Shown here piece by piece: positions 33,300 to 45,299 of a stretch of 64,000 nt of DNA. This DNA comes from Chiloscyllium plagiosum (taxonomy: Eukaryota): assembly GCF_004010195.1 (NCBI RefSeq), contig NC_057754.1, positions 3,974,223 to 4,038,222 on the forward strand, in the 5' to 3' direction. The notes under the pieces are model-generated. The model ran no database searches, had not been told where the DNA came from, and worked only from the letters and a program-made list of their open reading frames with translations. The translations under genes and the position numbers were made by a program. Positions within the stretch are counted from its first letter, which is position 1. Each line of letters starts with the position of its first letter.

Positions 33300-35545
33300 A
33301 TAGATTATTGGCTGAATATCGTTTAAATGGAGAAAGATTGCAGAAAGCTGCGGCACAGAGGGATTTAGGGCTCCTCATCCACGAATTAGAAAAGGCTAGC
33401 ATCCAAGTTGAGTAGTATTATGGACCAGAACTAACCTCCTCCAAATATATTAAGAAGACAGTCTAGATGCTAACTTCTGCTTATGTTAAAGGTAAATGTA
33501 AGGCATTATGTCCGAGATGCAATTTGATTGGTCAAACTATCAAGCAAAATACACTTTATTTTAAAATACAAAAAAAAATTGGCTTACATGTAATTCCATC
33601 GAAATACTTGACAAAGTAATATATATAAACTACTACTCTATATAACATTCCATAAACACACTGTTGGCAAATTCAGTAAAATTGATTATCTCACAGGCAA
33701 TTCTAGCAGCAGGGAGAGAACCCCAGCTTTCAGCTGTAACAGAGAGAGCAATAAGAGCTTCCACATCCTGCTTCAAGATCCCAGCAACTGCTGAAAGCTA
33801 AAACTAGATTAGAGACAAAACAAAACTGCAGATGCTGGAATCTGAAATACACAGGGAGGAGGCTGGAAGAACACAGCCAGCCAGGCAGCATCAGGAGGTG
33901 GAGAAGTTGACATTTCGGGTATAACCCTTTTTCAGGGTTGGGGATGGGTGTGGGGGGAGCTGCAGATAAAGGGAGTGGCGAGGGCAGGGTGGGGGAGTGG
34001 GGATAGGTGAGGATGGGTAGAGGGTACGACCTGGTTGGTCAATACGAGGAATGAATCCGGTTGGTGGCAGGGAGCAGTGGAAGGCATGGGGAGGGGCTGG
34101 GAAGGGAATCGGGTGATGGGATGGGAGGTTATTTGAAATTGGAGAACTCACTGTTGAGTCCTCCGGGCTAAAGGCTGCCCAGGTGGAAAATGAGGTGCTA
34201 TTCCTCTAATTTGCCCTGTGATTCATTTTGGCATTGGAGAAGGCCAAGGATAATTTGTTGGGGCTGACTGGACCTCCCAGTCACCACCCATTTTAATTCC
34301 CCTTCCCACTCCCTTTCCGACATGACCATTCTTGGCCTCCTCCATTGCCACAATGAACCTCAGCACAAATTGGAGGAACAATAACTCATCTTCAGCCTGG
34401 GTAGCCTACAGCCTGGCGGACTCAACATTGAGTTCTCCAATTTCGAATACCCTCCCTCCCCATCCCCCAACTCCCTTCCTAGACCCTCCTCATCCCTTCC
34501 ACTGCTCCCTGCCACCAACCAGATTAATTCCTTCCATTGACTAACCAGGTCATACCCTCTACCTGTCTTCACCTAGCCCCACTACCCCACTCTGCACCCC
34601 TGCCATCCCCTTTATCTGCAGCTGCCCCTACACCCGCCCCCAGTCCTGAAGAAGGGTTATACCCGAAATGTTGACTTCTCCACCTCCTAATGCTGCCTGG
34701 AAAGCTAAAACTAAACATCCTGGTTCTGTGGGAGCCTGACCCCACCCATTCAGGCTGCTGCTTTTGTTTCAACATTTTAAAAAGAAACCCAAGGGCTCAC
34801 AAGCTGTTTACTGGTTTTGAGCAGACTGCTCAGTACCTCTGTCTCAATTTCTCTTAATTTTAAAGAAAAGGACAAAATACACCACTTAAAGTCATAGTAT
34901 CAACACAAGTTGGTAACAGGGAAAGCAAATGAATTGTCGGCCTTTATGTCAAGGGGAATGGGGTATAAAAATAGGGAGGTTTTGCTTACAAGGCGCCAGT
35001 TACACCATGGCTGGAATACAGTGAAAAATGTTTTGGTGTGCTTACTTGAGGAAAGATATATTGGCATGTAGTCCAGAGAAGGTTCTGAAGGTTAATTCTG
35101 GGAATTGAGGAATTTCTGATAAGAGATTGAACAGGTTGGACCGACACTCATTGGCGTTTAAAAGAATGAGGAGTAATCTTATTGAAACAGCTGAGAGCAT
35201 TAGGGGCTTGACAGGGAAGCAGGAAGATTGCTCCCCCTTGTGCAAGAGTCTTGCATTGGAGAGAAATGTTTCAGAGTAAGTGAGGGGTGGGGTCACCCAT
35301 TTAAGACAGATCAGGAATTTCTTCTCTCTTGAGGTTAGTGAATCCATTGAATTCTTTAGCACTAAGGGTTGTCGAACTTCGATATTCAGGACTGAGATAC
35401 AGAAGTTTCTGTCTATCAGGGGTCTTGAGGGAATTAAGGGGAATAGTCAGGAAAGTGTTGAGGATTATCAGATGAGCCATAATGATCTCATTGAATGGCA
35501 GAGAGACATGATGGGCTGAATGGCCTATTTGTGCTTCTATGTCTG
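33300..35545 (+). mobile_element. CR1 LINE fragment interrupted by a putative solo LTR (~33416-34905)
   Basis: CR1-like sequence stops near atccaagttg and resumes near ggtaacagggaaagcaaatg; the AT-rich insert runs tattatggacc...gtatcaaca. Confidence 0.55.
33807..34699. mobile_element. Inverted Penelope-like element with GIY-YIG endonuclease C-terminal remnant
   Basis: From ~34271 reads DLPVTTHFNSPSHSLSDMTILGL...KLEEQ*LIFSLGSLQPGGLNIEF; ~400-bp inverted arms; perfect 14-bp TSD gaaagctaaaacta at 33793-33806 and 34700-34713. Confidence 0.88.
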
Positions 35546-36139
35546 GGAAGCACTTTGAGAGCTCTGGGTATAATTGAGGTGGCTCTATATAACTGAAGAA
35601 AGATGACACTGAGTGAAAGGAGAAGTGAAGAGTTGGGATTCCAGGAGGGTCTCAAGGCTGAGAAGGCTTGAAGCTGAACGTTTATGTGTTTACACACACT
35701 GCATACAAATGTATTTGTATGCTGAAGGATGTGAGAGACTGTGTACACAAGTTCGTTTGTGTGGGTGTTAATTATGTTGTACAGACTGCTGTTTATACAG
35801 AAATAATTCAACATTGTTTTATTTGCATCGATCATTTAAATACTTGACTAGATTTTCACAGCCTGTGTCACAAATAACCATCTGAAGAGAATACCGTACC
35901 TCTGTGCTGGCTAATTGTTTAGGTGGGAGATACCCTGTGTCTCTTATTAGGCAATTCTGCTGAGGGGATTTTGTCTTTGAGTCGGAGACTGCAGATGTTC
36001 TGGTTCCTGTTTCGAAAAAGTGAGAATGTATCTCTTGTCACTTGATGGACCCACATGGATCGAACTGTTACTTGAAGCAGCTTACTTAGCTTTTTAACTC
36101 ATGCTGTTTTGTCAGGGTTGCCTATGCACAAACTGAGTA

Positions 36140-36412
36140 GATGGTTCAGTGGTAATGTCACAAGACTCATGATCCAGAGCCTCAGCTAAGGGCCTGATAC
36201 ATAGGTTCACATCGAGTCATGGATGTTGATAAAATTTAGATCCCATGAACAAATTTGGAATATAAGGCTTGTTTTCGCAATGGTTACCAGGACAACTATT
36301 GTTGATTGTTGCAAATAATATGCCTGGTTCACTAATGCCCTTTAGGGATGGAAATCTGCCACCTTAACCTGATCCAGCCTACATGTGATTCCAAACCCAT
36401 GGAAATGTAGTT
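36140..36412 (+). mobile_element. Second SINE family copy
   Basis: ctggttcactaatgccctttagggatggaaatctgcc core. Confidence 0.7.
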
Positions 36413-37055
36413 GCAGGTAGACAGGATAGTGACAAAGGTGTTTGGCACGTTTGCCTTTATTGGTCAGTGCATTGAGTTGGGAGGTCATGTTGCAGCTGTA
36501 CAGGACATTGATTGGGCCACTTTTGAAATACTGCGTTCAATTCTGGTCTCCCTACTATAGGAAAGATGTTGTGAAACCTGAAGGGGTTCAGAAAAGATTT
36601 ATGAGAATGTTGCCAGGGTTGGTGGGTTTGAGTTATAGGGTGAGGCTGAAAAGGCTAGGGCTGTTTACCCTGGAGCCTCGGAGGCTGAGGGGTAACCTTA
36701 TAAAGGTTTATAAAATCATGAGGGGCATGGATAGGGTGAATAGTCCAGGTCTTTTCACCAAAACTAGAGGGCACAGGTTTAAGGTGAGAGGGGAAAGATA
36801 TGAAAGAACCTAAGGGACAACTTTTCCACACAGAGGATGGTACGTGTATGGAATGAGCTGCCAGAGGAAGTGGTGGAGGCTGGTACAATTACAACATTTA
36901 AAAGGCATCTGGATTGTTCCATGAATAAGATGGGTTTTGAGGGATATGGACCAAATGCTGGCAAATGGGACCAAATTGATTTAGGATATCTGGTGGACAT
37001 GGATGAGTTGGACCGAAGGGTCTGTTTCCATGCTGTATACCTGCATGATTCTGTG
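36413..37055 (+). mobile_element. CR1 LINE 3' end
   Basis: LYRTLIGPLLKYCVQFWSPYYRKD...; tail atgattctgtgatt. Confidence 0.9.
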
Positions 37056-37984
37056 ATTCAACTGCCACCTGATATGACCAATTGAGGCAATTAGTTCAGG
37101 ACAATTAGGGACAGGTGACAAATTGAAGGTCTTGCCAGTGATACACACATTACCACGCAGGAAGAAAAATAAAGACTGCCATATTTCCTGATATTTAGTC
37201 ATTCAACTCCCTTCAAAACCTCAGAGATTAGAGGAACTCCATATTCTCACTGTTCATGCTGCGTCAGTGAGGTATGGCAAGGCTGCCCTGTTTAAAATAG
37301 GGTAATGTGAAAATCTAAGCCCCATATACTGAAACAAGGTTCTAAAAACCAGCTGATTTCATTTGGAAACCACTTTGCTTCCTCTTCCCAGTCTCCCCAG
37401 AGACCCATGCTGAAGGAATGCATGCCTATGTGTCCAAGGTATCCTGTGTGAGACTAAATTGCAACCTCCCGTCACCACCACTTCTGTTCCACTTCCCCAT
37501 AACTGTGCTCTCTCACCTACAAAGACGTCCAGTCCAGCCTCGGGTTTAAAATTCTTACCCGTGTTTACAAATCCCTTCAGGACCTCCAATCCTCCCAATC
37601 TTTGGAACCCCATTCCTGTCCCTGTAATGTTCCTGATCTCTGCTAACTCAGCTAACCCCTGAAATCCACCTTGTCTCGGTAACATTCTTAAACCCCTACA
37701 CTCTTATCATCTCCATAACTCTATTTATGTTTGGTAATGCTTTTGTGAAGGCCACTGGGATTTTTAAAAATTTTAACTCCAAATGTAAATGTGAATAGCT
37801 ATTGCAAGAGATACATGGCAGAATGGGGTAAATGGAATGCAACACCAGATGGCGCTGCTGAGCCCAGTACCAATGACAATGAAGGACAGTATTGTGAAGG
37901 GTGTCATGTTTTTGTAATCTGGGATTGTTTTTTTCAAGAGATTAATGGTATTTCTTGCATTTGAGCATACTTGTGTATGTCCAC

Positions 37985-38400
37985 CGTGGTCCAGTAGTTA
38001 CAACTTTTGTTTCTGAGTTAAGGGTTTATCACTTTGAGCCTGATTTGAACCTAAAATGCAGGCTAACACTCCCAGTAAAGTGCCATACTTGCAGCAGAAC
38101 ATGCCTTTAATGTGAATCTGAGGCATTTGCCTGCCTTCTCAGAGGTATAAAAGATTCCACAGACATGATATATTAAAGAGTAATGAATGTCACCCCAGTA
38201 GTTTGAGCAGGACCTTTCCCCTGACTAAGATCACAAACATCAGGTAATGTACCCATTCAAAGTTTGCAGCTTGTGGGAACTTCCTGTCTCAAAGGTTAAC
38301 TCCTGTGATTCCAACATTTCAACAGCGACAACACTATAATAAGAATTCTCTGGCTCTAGTTGGCTCTGGGATGACCCAAGGTTATGAAATATGCTGGAGA
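37985..38400 (+). mobile_element. Deu-domain SINE-like, degraded
   Basis: caggctaacactcccag and aggtataaaagattccacag segments. Confidence 0.55.
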
Positions 38401-38469
38401 AATGGAAGCTATTTGGGTATTTACAAACTGGAATAAAATATCACAGTGGAAAGTACTGTATTGTTCTCT

Positions 38470-39385
38470 AGCTGGAAGCTTTACTCTGTATTTAACCTCA
38501 TGCTGTCCCTGTCAGTGGGAGTGTTTGATGGGGGACAGTGTAGAGGGAGCTTTATTCTGTATCTAACCCCATGCGGTCCCTGTCCTGAGAGTGTTTGATG
38601 GGGGACAATGTAGAGGGAGCTTTACTCTGTATCTAACCCCATGATGTCCCTGTCCTGGGAGTGTTTGATGGGGACAGTGTAGAGGGAGCGTTACTCTGTA
38701 TCTAACCCTGTGCTGCCCCTGTCCTGGGCAGTGTTTGATGGGGACAGTGTAGAGGGAGCTTTACCCTGTATCTAACCCCGTGCTGTCCCTGTCCTGGGGA
38801 GTGTTTGATGGGGGAACAGTGTAGAGGGAGCTTTACTCTGTATCTAACCCCATGATGTCCCTGTCCTGGGAGTGTTTGATGGGAACAGTGTAGAGGGGGC
38901 TTTACTCTGTATCTAACCCCGTGCTGTCCCTGTCCTGGGAGTGTTTGATGGGGACAGTGTAGAGGGAGCTTTACTCTGAATCTAACCCCATGCGGTCCCT
39001 GTCCTGAGAGTGTTTGATGGAGGACAGTGTAGAGGGAGCTTTACTCTGTATCTAACCCCGTGCTGTCCCTGTCCTGGGGAGTGTTTGATGGGGGACAGTG
39101 TAGAGGGAGCTTTATTCTGTATCAAACCCCGCGCAGTCCCTGTCCTGAGAGTGTTTGATGGAGGACAGTGTAGAGGGAGCTTTACTCTGTATCTAACCCC
39201 GTGCTGTCCCTGTCCTGGGGAGTGTTTGATGGGGGACAGTGTAGAGGGAGCTTTATTCTGTATCAAACCCCGTGCTGTCCCTGTCCTGGGAATGTTTGAT
39301 GGAGACTGTGTTGAGGGAGCTTTACTTTGTATGTAACGCTGTGCTGTCCCTGTCCTGGGAATGTTGATGGAGACTGTGTTGATGG
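38470..39385 (+). repeat. ~70-bp minisatellite (gggagtgtttgatggggacagtgtagagggagctttactctgtatctaaccccgtgctgtccctgtcct), ~13 copies
   Basis: gtgtttgatg recurs about every 70 nt from 38521; 141-bp dimer at 39001/39142. Confidence 0.95.
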
Positions 39386-41478
39386 AGAAAGTGAGGACTG
39401 CAGATGCTGGAGATCAGAGCTGAAAATGTGTTGCTGGAAAAGCGCAGCAGGTCAGGCAGCATCAAAGTAGCAGGAGAATCGACATTTCGGGCATGAGCCC
39501 TTCTTCAGGAATGAGGAAAGTGTGCCAAGCAGGCTAAGATAAAAGGTAGGGAGGAGGGATTTGGGGGAGGGATGTTAGAAATGCGATAGGTAGAAGGAGG
39601 TTAAGGTGAGGGTGATAAGGTGAGGGTGATAGGCTGGAGTGGGGGTNNNNNNNNNNNNNNNNNNNNNNNNNNNNNNNNNNNNNNNNNNNNNNNNNNNNNN
39701 NNNNNNNNNNNNNNNNNNNNNNNNNNNNNNNNNNNNNNNNNNNNNNNNNNNNNNNNNNNNNNNNNNNNNNNNNNNNNNNNNNNNNNNNNNNNNNNNNNNN
39801 NNNNNNNNNNNNNNNNNNNNNNNNNNNNNNNNNNNNNNNNNNNNNNNNNNNNNNNNNNNNNNNNNNNNNNNNNNNNNNNNNNNNNNNNNNNNNNNNNNNN
39901 NNNNNNNNNNNNNNNNNNNNNNNNNNNNNNNNNNNNNNNNNNNNNNNNNNNNNNNNNNNNNNNNNNNNNNNNNNNNNNNNNNNNNNNNNNNNNNNNNNNN
40001 NNNNNNNNNNNNNNNNNNNNNNNNNNNNNNNNNNNNNNNNNNNNNNNNNNNNNNNNNNNNNNNNNNNNNNNNNNNNNNNNNNNNNNNNNNNNNNNNNNNN
40101 NNNNNNNNNNNNNNNNNNNNNNNNNNNNNNNNNNNNNNNNNNNNNNNNNNNNNNNNNNNNNNNNNNNNNNNNNNNNNNNNNNNNNNNNNNNNNNNNNNNN
40201 NNNNNNNNNNNNNNNNNNNNNNNNNNNNNNNNNNNNNNNNNNNNNNNNNNNNNNNNNNNNNNNNNNNNNNNNNNNNNNNNNNNNNNNNNNNNNNNNNNNN
40301 NNNNNNNNNNNNNNNNNNNNNNNNNNNNNNNNNNNNNNNNNNNNNNNNNNNNNNNNNNNNNNNNNNNNNNNNNNNNNNNNNNNNNNNNNNNNNNNNNNNN
40401 NNNNNNNNNNNNNNNNNNNNNNNNNNNNNNNNNNNNNNNNAAGTTGTTCAGGGTGAGGGCCAGTTCAGTCAGTCGAAGGAGGGTTACGAAGAGGCAGGCA
40501 TAGCTGGGGCCCATGCGGGTGCCCATGGCTACTCCTTTGGTTTGGAGGAAGTGGGAGGATTGGAAAGAGAAGTTGTTCAGGGTGAGGGCCAGTTCAGTCA
40601 GTCGAAGGAGGGTTACGAAGAGGCAGGCATAGCTGGGGCCCATGCGGGTGCCCATGGCTACTCCTTTGGTTTGGAGGAAGTGGGAGGATTGGAAAGAGAA
40701 GTTGTTCAGGGTGAGGGCCAGTTCAGTCAGTCGAAGGAGGGTTACGAAGAGGCAGGCATAGCTGGGGCCCATGCGGGTGCCCATGGCTACTCCTTTGGTT
40801 TGGAGGAAGTGGGAGGATTGGAAAGAGAAGTTGTTCAGGGTGAGGGCCAGTTCAGTCAGTCGAAGGAGGGTTACGAAGAGGCAGGCATAGCTGGGGCCCA
40901 TGCGGGTGCCCATGGCTACTCCTTTGGTTTGGAGGAAGTGGGAGGATTGGAAAGAGAAGTTGTTCAGGGTGAGGGCCAGTTCAGTCAGTCGAAGGAGGGT
41001 TACGAAGAGGCAGGCATAGCTGGGGCCCATGTGGGTGCCCATGGCTACTCCTTTGGTTTGGAGGAAGTGGGAGGATTGGAAAGAGAAGTTGTTCAGGGTG
41101 AGGGCCAGTTCAGTCAGTCGAAGGAGGGTTACGAAGAGGCAGGCATAGCTGGGGCCCATGTGGGTGCCCATGGCTACTCCTTTGGTTTGGAGGAAGTGGG
41201 AGGATTGGAAAGAGAAGTTGTTCAGGGTGAGGACCAGTTCAGTCAGTTGAAGGAAGGTGTCAGTGGAAGGGTACTGGTTGGTATGGCAGGAAAGAAAGAA
41301 GCGGAGGGCTTTGAGTCCTTCGTGATGGGGGATGGAGGTGTACAGGGACTGGATGTCCATGGTGAAGATAAGGCGTTGGGGGCCGAGCAAGCGAAAATCA
41401 TGGAGGAGGTGGAGGGCGTGGGTTGTGTCCCGAACGTAGGTGGGGAGTTCTTGGACTAAGGAGGACAGGACCGTGTCT
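39386..41478 (-). mobile_element. Penelope-like retroelement: RT fragment, 794-N gap (39647-40440) and pLTR
   Basis: LPTYVRDTTH, FTMDIQSLYTSIPH and QTKGVAMGT-MGPSYACLF are PLE RT motifs; family A pLTR at 39386-39510. Confidence 0.9.
40441..41250 (-). repeat. 129-bp tandem repeat within the Penelope RT (6 full copies plus a partial)
   Basis: aagttgttcagggtgagg at 40441, 40570, 40699, 40828, 40957, 41086 and 41215. Confidence 0.95.
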
Positions 41479-41539
41479 GGTGTAGACTTGATGGTCGAAA
41501 TGGCCTGCTTCCACACTGCAGGGATCGTATGATTTTAGG

Positions 41540-41925
41540 TAAAAACAAGGACTGCAGATGCTGGAAACCAGAGTCTAGATTAGAGTGGTGCTGGAAAAGC
41601 ACAGCAGGTCAGGCAGCACCGGAGGAGCATGAAAATCAACGTTTCGGGCAAAAGCCCTTCATCAGGAATAGAGAATTCTATGATTCTATATGATCCAAGC
41701 TGTTTGTTGGTGATTAGTGAGGACTGCAGATGCTGGAAAGTCAGACTCAATAAATTGTGGAGCTGGAAACAGCCACAGCAAGTCACGCAGCATCAGAGGA
41801 GCAGGGGAGTTAATGGGATGAAAGGTCCCAACCTAAAATATTGACCACACACCCCCTTCCCCAGCTCCTGTGATGCTGCTTGATCTGCCGTGCTTTTTCC
41901 AGCTCCACAGTTTATTGACTCTGGT
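41540..41925. mobile_element. Two further Penelope pLTR fragments (41540-41668 single arm; ~41715-41925 palindromic)
   Basis: ggactgcagatgctgga termini; minus-strand cctgatgaagggcttttgcccgaaacgtt. Confidence 0.8.
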
Positions 41926-43214
41926 CTGTATGTGGATTGTGCCCCTGAATGATGGTACCAGGACCACCCTCTGACAGACAGACCCCCTTCCACCTCTGAC
42001 TAGACTGAGGACTAGCCCCCGCTCACTTTCAGACATGGCCATTTGGTCGAATGCATGCACAGTGCGTCTGAGGTGTAGGCACCTGGCATATGTTGCAGAT
42101 GGTAACTGATGTCTTGGTGATGTGCCTTTCACCAAGATGTTCCCCCCTTGCCATTGACTGATTCCTACTGATAAGCAGAACAAGTAGCCCTGTCTGTTTG
42201 TATGAAGGAGCATGTTAATATGGCATGACTCCCAGCCTTTGGATCTAACAGAAGTGCCAATGTGCTAACTGACAAGACAGGGCAGGGCTAGTGTTAGCAT
42301 GCAGGTAGTGAGTGCTACCTGCAGCTTTGAGGTGCAGCTTGCTTAGGGTCACACTGCAACCTTTCAATGGTTGCTCTTAGGAAGTCCATGCAAGTCTTTG
42401 CTTCCTAAATTTGATTTATTATTGTCGCATGGACCTAAGTCCAGTGAAAAGTTTTGTTTTGTATGCAGTACAGGCAGATCACACCATTCAAAGATCACAG
42501 GGTGACAGAACAGAGCGAGGAGTACACAGTTACAGCTGCAGAGAACGTGCACGAAGAACGAGATCAGCATTAGATTTGAAGTTTCCTGGAAATGAAATAT
42601 TCTGGAAGTGGATGAAAGATTGTCGGGAAAAGGTAGGCAGAGATGAAGTTAAAATCAGATCAGCTGGGATCTATTGAATGACAGAGAAAGCGCAAACCAC
42701 CTACTATGGACCCTTGTTTGTATGGATCAGAGAGATGTCCATAACGGCTGGCAAATGCCAGACACCAATGTCCATGGGTGAGGGGCTGGTGCTGTGAGTC
42801 GTGCCCTGAGATGCTATTTGGTCGTGCACAATGTGGGGGTCCTCTTCCCTGTTGTCACCAGGTACCTGCTCCAGTTCCCACGTCGACATCTCTAGCTTGC
42901 TTGGTGAACTGATTTGGGGGGGGAAGGTGGAAATTCTGATCAGTTTCTGGCTTGTCCAGCAGTTTGTATTTCCAAATCTGCCGCAGGGGATGACGAGAAA
43001 GTGCAATGTGAACAAGAAAGGTGAAGAGAGACAGAGTGGACAAGAGGAAAGGAGAGAGGCAGAAAGGATGAGGGAGGTTTAGGAAAGAGAAAATGATGGA
43101 GATAGGTGGACAGAGACAGTGAAAGAGAAGGGCACACAGAAACTGACAGGAAAGAGAGAGAGAGGCACCACTGCAGAGGTTGAGATAGATTGGAAGGTAA
43201 AAGATTTTGCTCAG

Positions 43215-44812
43215 ACCATCGAGTTGGGGTGTCATGTTGAGATCCTACAGGACATTAGTGATGCCTCTTCTGAAGTACTGTGTGTTGGTCTCCATGTTAT
43301 AGGAAGAATCTTATTAAATTGAAGAGGGTTCAGAAAAGATTTACCAGGATGTTGCCAGGAATGGAGGGTTTGAGCTATAAAAGCAGGATGGATAGGCTGG
43401 GATTTTTATCACTAGAGCATCGGAGGTTGTGGGGTGACCTGATGGAAGTTTATAAAATCATGAGGGGCATGGATAAGGTGATTCCCTACAGATTCCCTAC
43501 AGTGTGGAAGCAGGCCATTTGCCCACCAAGTCCACCCCGAATCTGTGAAGAGCATCCAGCCAGACCCATCCCCCACTACCCTATAACCCTAAATTTCCCA
43601 TGGCTAACACACCCTAACCTGTACATCCCTGTACACTATGGAGTAACTTAGCATGGCCGATCCACCCTAACCTGTACATCCTTGTACACTATGGGGTAAT
43701 TTAGCATGGCCAATCCACCCTAACCTGCACATCCCTGTACACTATGGGGTAATTTAGCATGGCCAATCCACTCTAATCTGCACATTCCTGTACACTATGG
43801 GGTAATTTAGCATGGCCAATCCACTCTAACCTGCACATCCCTGTACACTATGGGTAATTCAGCATGGTCAATCCACCCTAACCTGCACACCTTTGGACTG
43901 TGGGAGGAAACTCCACACATATACAGGGAGAATGTGCAATATGACAGTCACCCGAGGTTGGAATCAAACTTGGGTTCCTGGAACTATGAGGCAGCAATGC
44001 CTCAAGGTGGGGGAGTTCAGTACTAGGGAGCATAATTTTAAGGTGAGAGGAGACAGTTTTATAAAGGCATGAGAGGCTTTTTTTTACATAGGATGTGGTT
44101 CGTGTGTGGAATTCTACCCTACTGTTGTTAGAATACTGAATGGACTCACAAACTCTGAACATTCACCTGTACCTGTGTTTTTGTTTTTGCTGCTGTTTCC
44201 CTATTATTTACTATCTATGCTACTTAACTCTGTGATCTGCCTGTATTGCTCGCAAGACAAAGCTTTTCACTGTGCCTCGGTACACGAGACAATAAATTCA
44301 ATTCAATTTAATGAGCTGCCAGAGGAATTGTTGGGTGTGGGCACAGTTACAATACTTAAATGACATTTGGATAAGTACATGAATAGGAAAGGTTTGGAGG
44401 GATATGGGCCAAATGCAGATAAGTGCAGCATGGTGGCTCAGTGGTTAGCACTGCTGCCTCACAATGCCAGGGACCCGGGTTCAATTCCCGGCTTGGGTAA
44501 ATGCCTGTGTGGAGTTTGCACGTTCTCCCTATGTCTGCGTGGGTTTCCTCTGGGTGCTCCGGTTTCCTCCCACAGACCAAAGACGTGCAGGTTAGGTCAA
44601 CTGGCCGTGCTAAATTGCCCGTAGTGTTAGGTACATTAGTCAGAGGGGAATAGGTCTGGGTGGGTTACTCTTCGGAGGGTCGGTGTGGACTTGTTGGGCC
44701 AAAGGGCATGTTTCCACACTGTAGGGAATCTAAGTGGGACTAGTTTAGTTTGGAAACATGGACTAGCTGGACCAAAGGGTCTGTTTCTGTGCTGCATGAC
44801 TGTATGACTCTG
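43215..44812 (+). mobile_element. CR1 3' fragment carrying three nested insertions
   Basis: SINE (-) 43481-44002 with a 53-bp array, a LINE tail ~44113-44309 ending aataaattcaattcaatt, and SINE (+) 44426-44730 with TSD taagtg. Confidence 0.85.
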
Positions 44813-44876
44813 AACAAATAAACAAAGAGGAAGGGACACAGTTGTAGATAGGAACAGTGAGAGAGGCAGGATAAGA

Positions 44877-44879
<3 letters not shown>

Positions 44880-44924
<45 letters not shown>
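44880..44924. repeat. Poly-G tract (~45 nt) in a purine-rich region
   Basis: Seen directly. Confidence 0.9.
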
Positions 44925-44926
<2 letters not shown>

Positions 44927-45299
44927 AGATGAGAATGACATATTGTTGGAGACAAAGCTAGATAGGGGACGATAGAAAGGGAGAGGGGACGAGCCAAAGC
45001 CAGACCGTTGGAGAAAGAAACAATGAGACGGACAAGTGAGACACAGCGACTGAGAGAGAAAGACAGATGGTGGGAAGAAACAGATGGAAGAGAGAGACAG
45101 ACAGATGAGAAAGACAGAGTAAAAGAGAAATTGAGAAGCAGGGAGGGAAACAGTCAGTAGGAGGGAGAGGAAGAGGCTGAGAGGGAGTGACAGAGGGTCA
45201 GATAGGAAACGAGTGCATTCAAATAAAGAGTTAACGCTGGAAATTCTCAGCAGGTGCAGCAGCATCTGTGGAAGAAGTTTCAAGTCGGTGACCTCTCCT

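Noticed and set aside
39534..41516. 660-aa ORF as an intact gene
   Set aside because: Length is inflated by N runs and tandem copies; the RT is truncated and no catalytic DD motif is visible.
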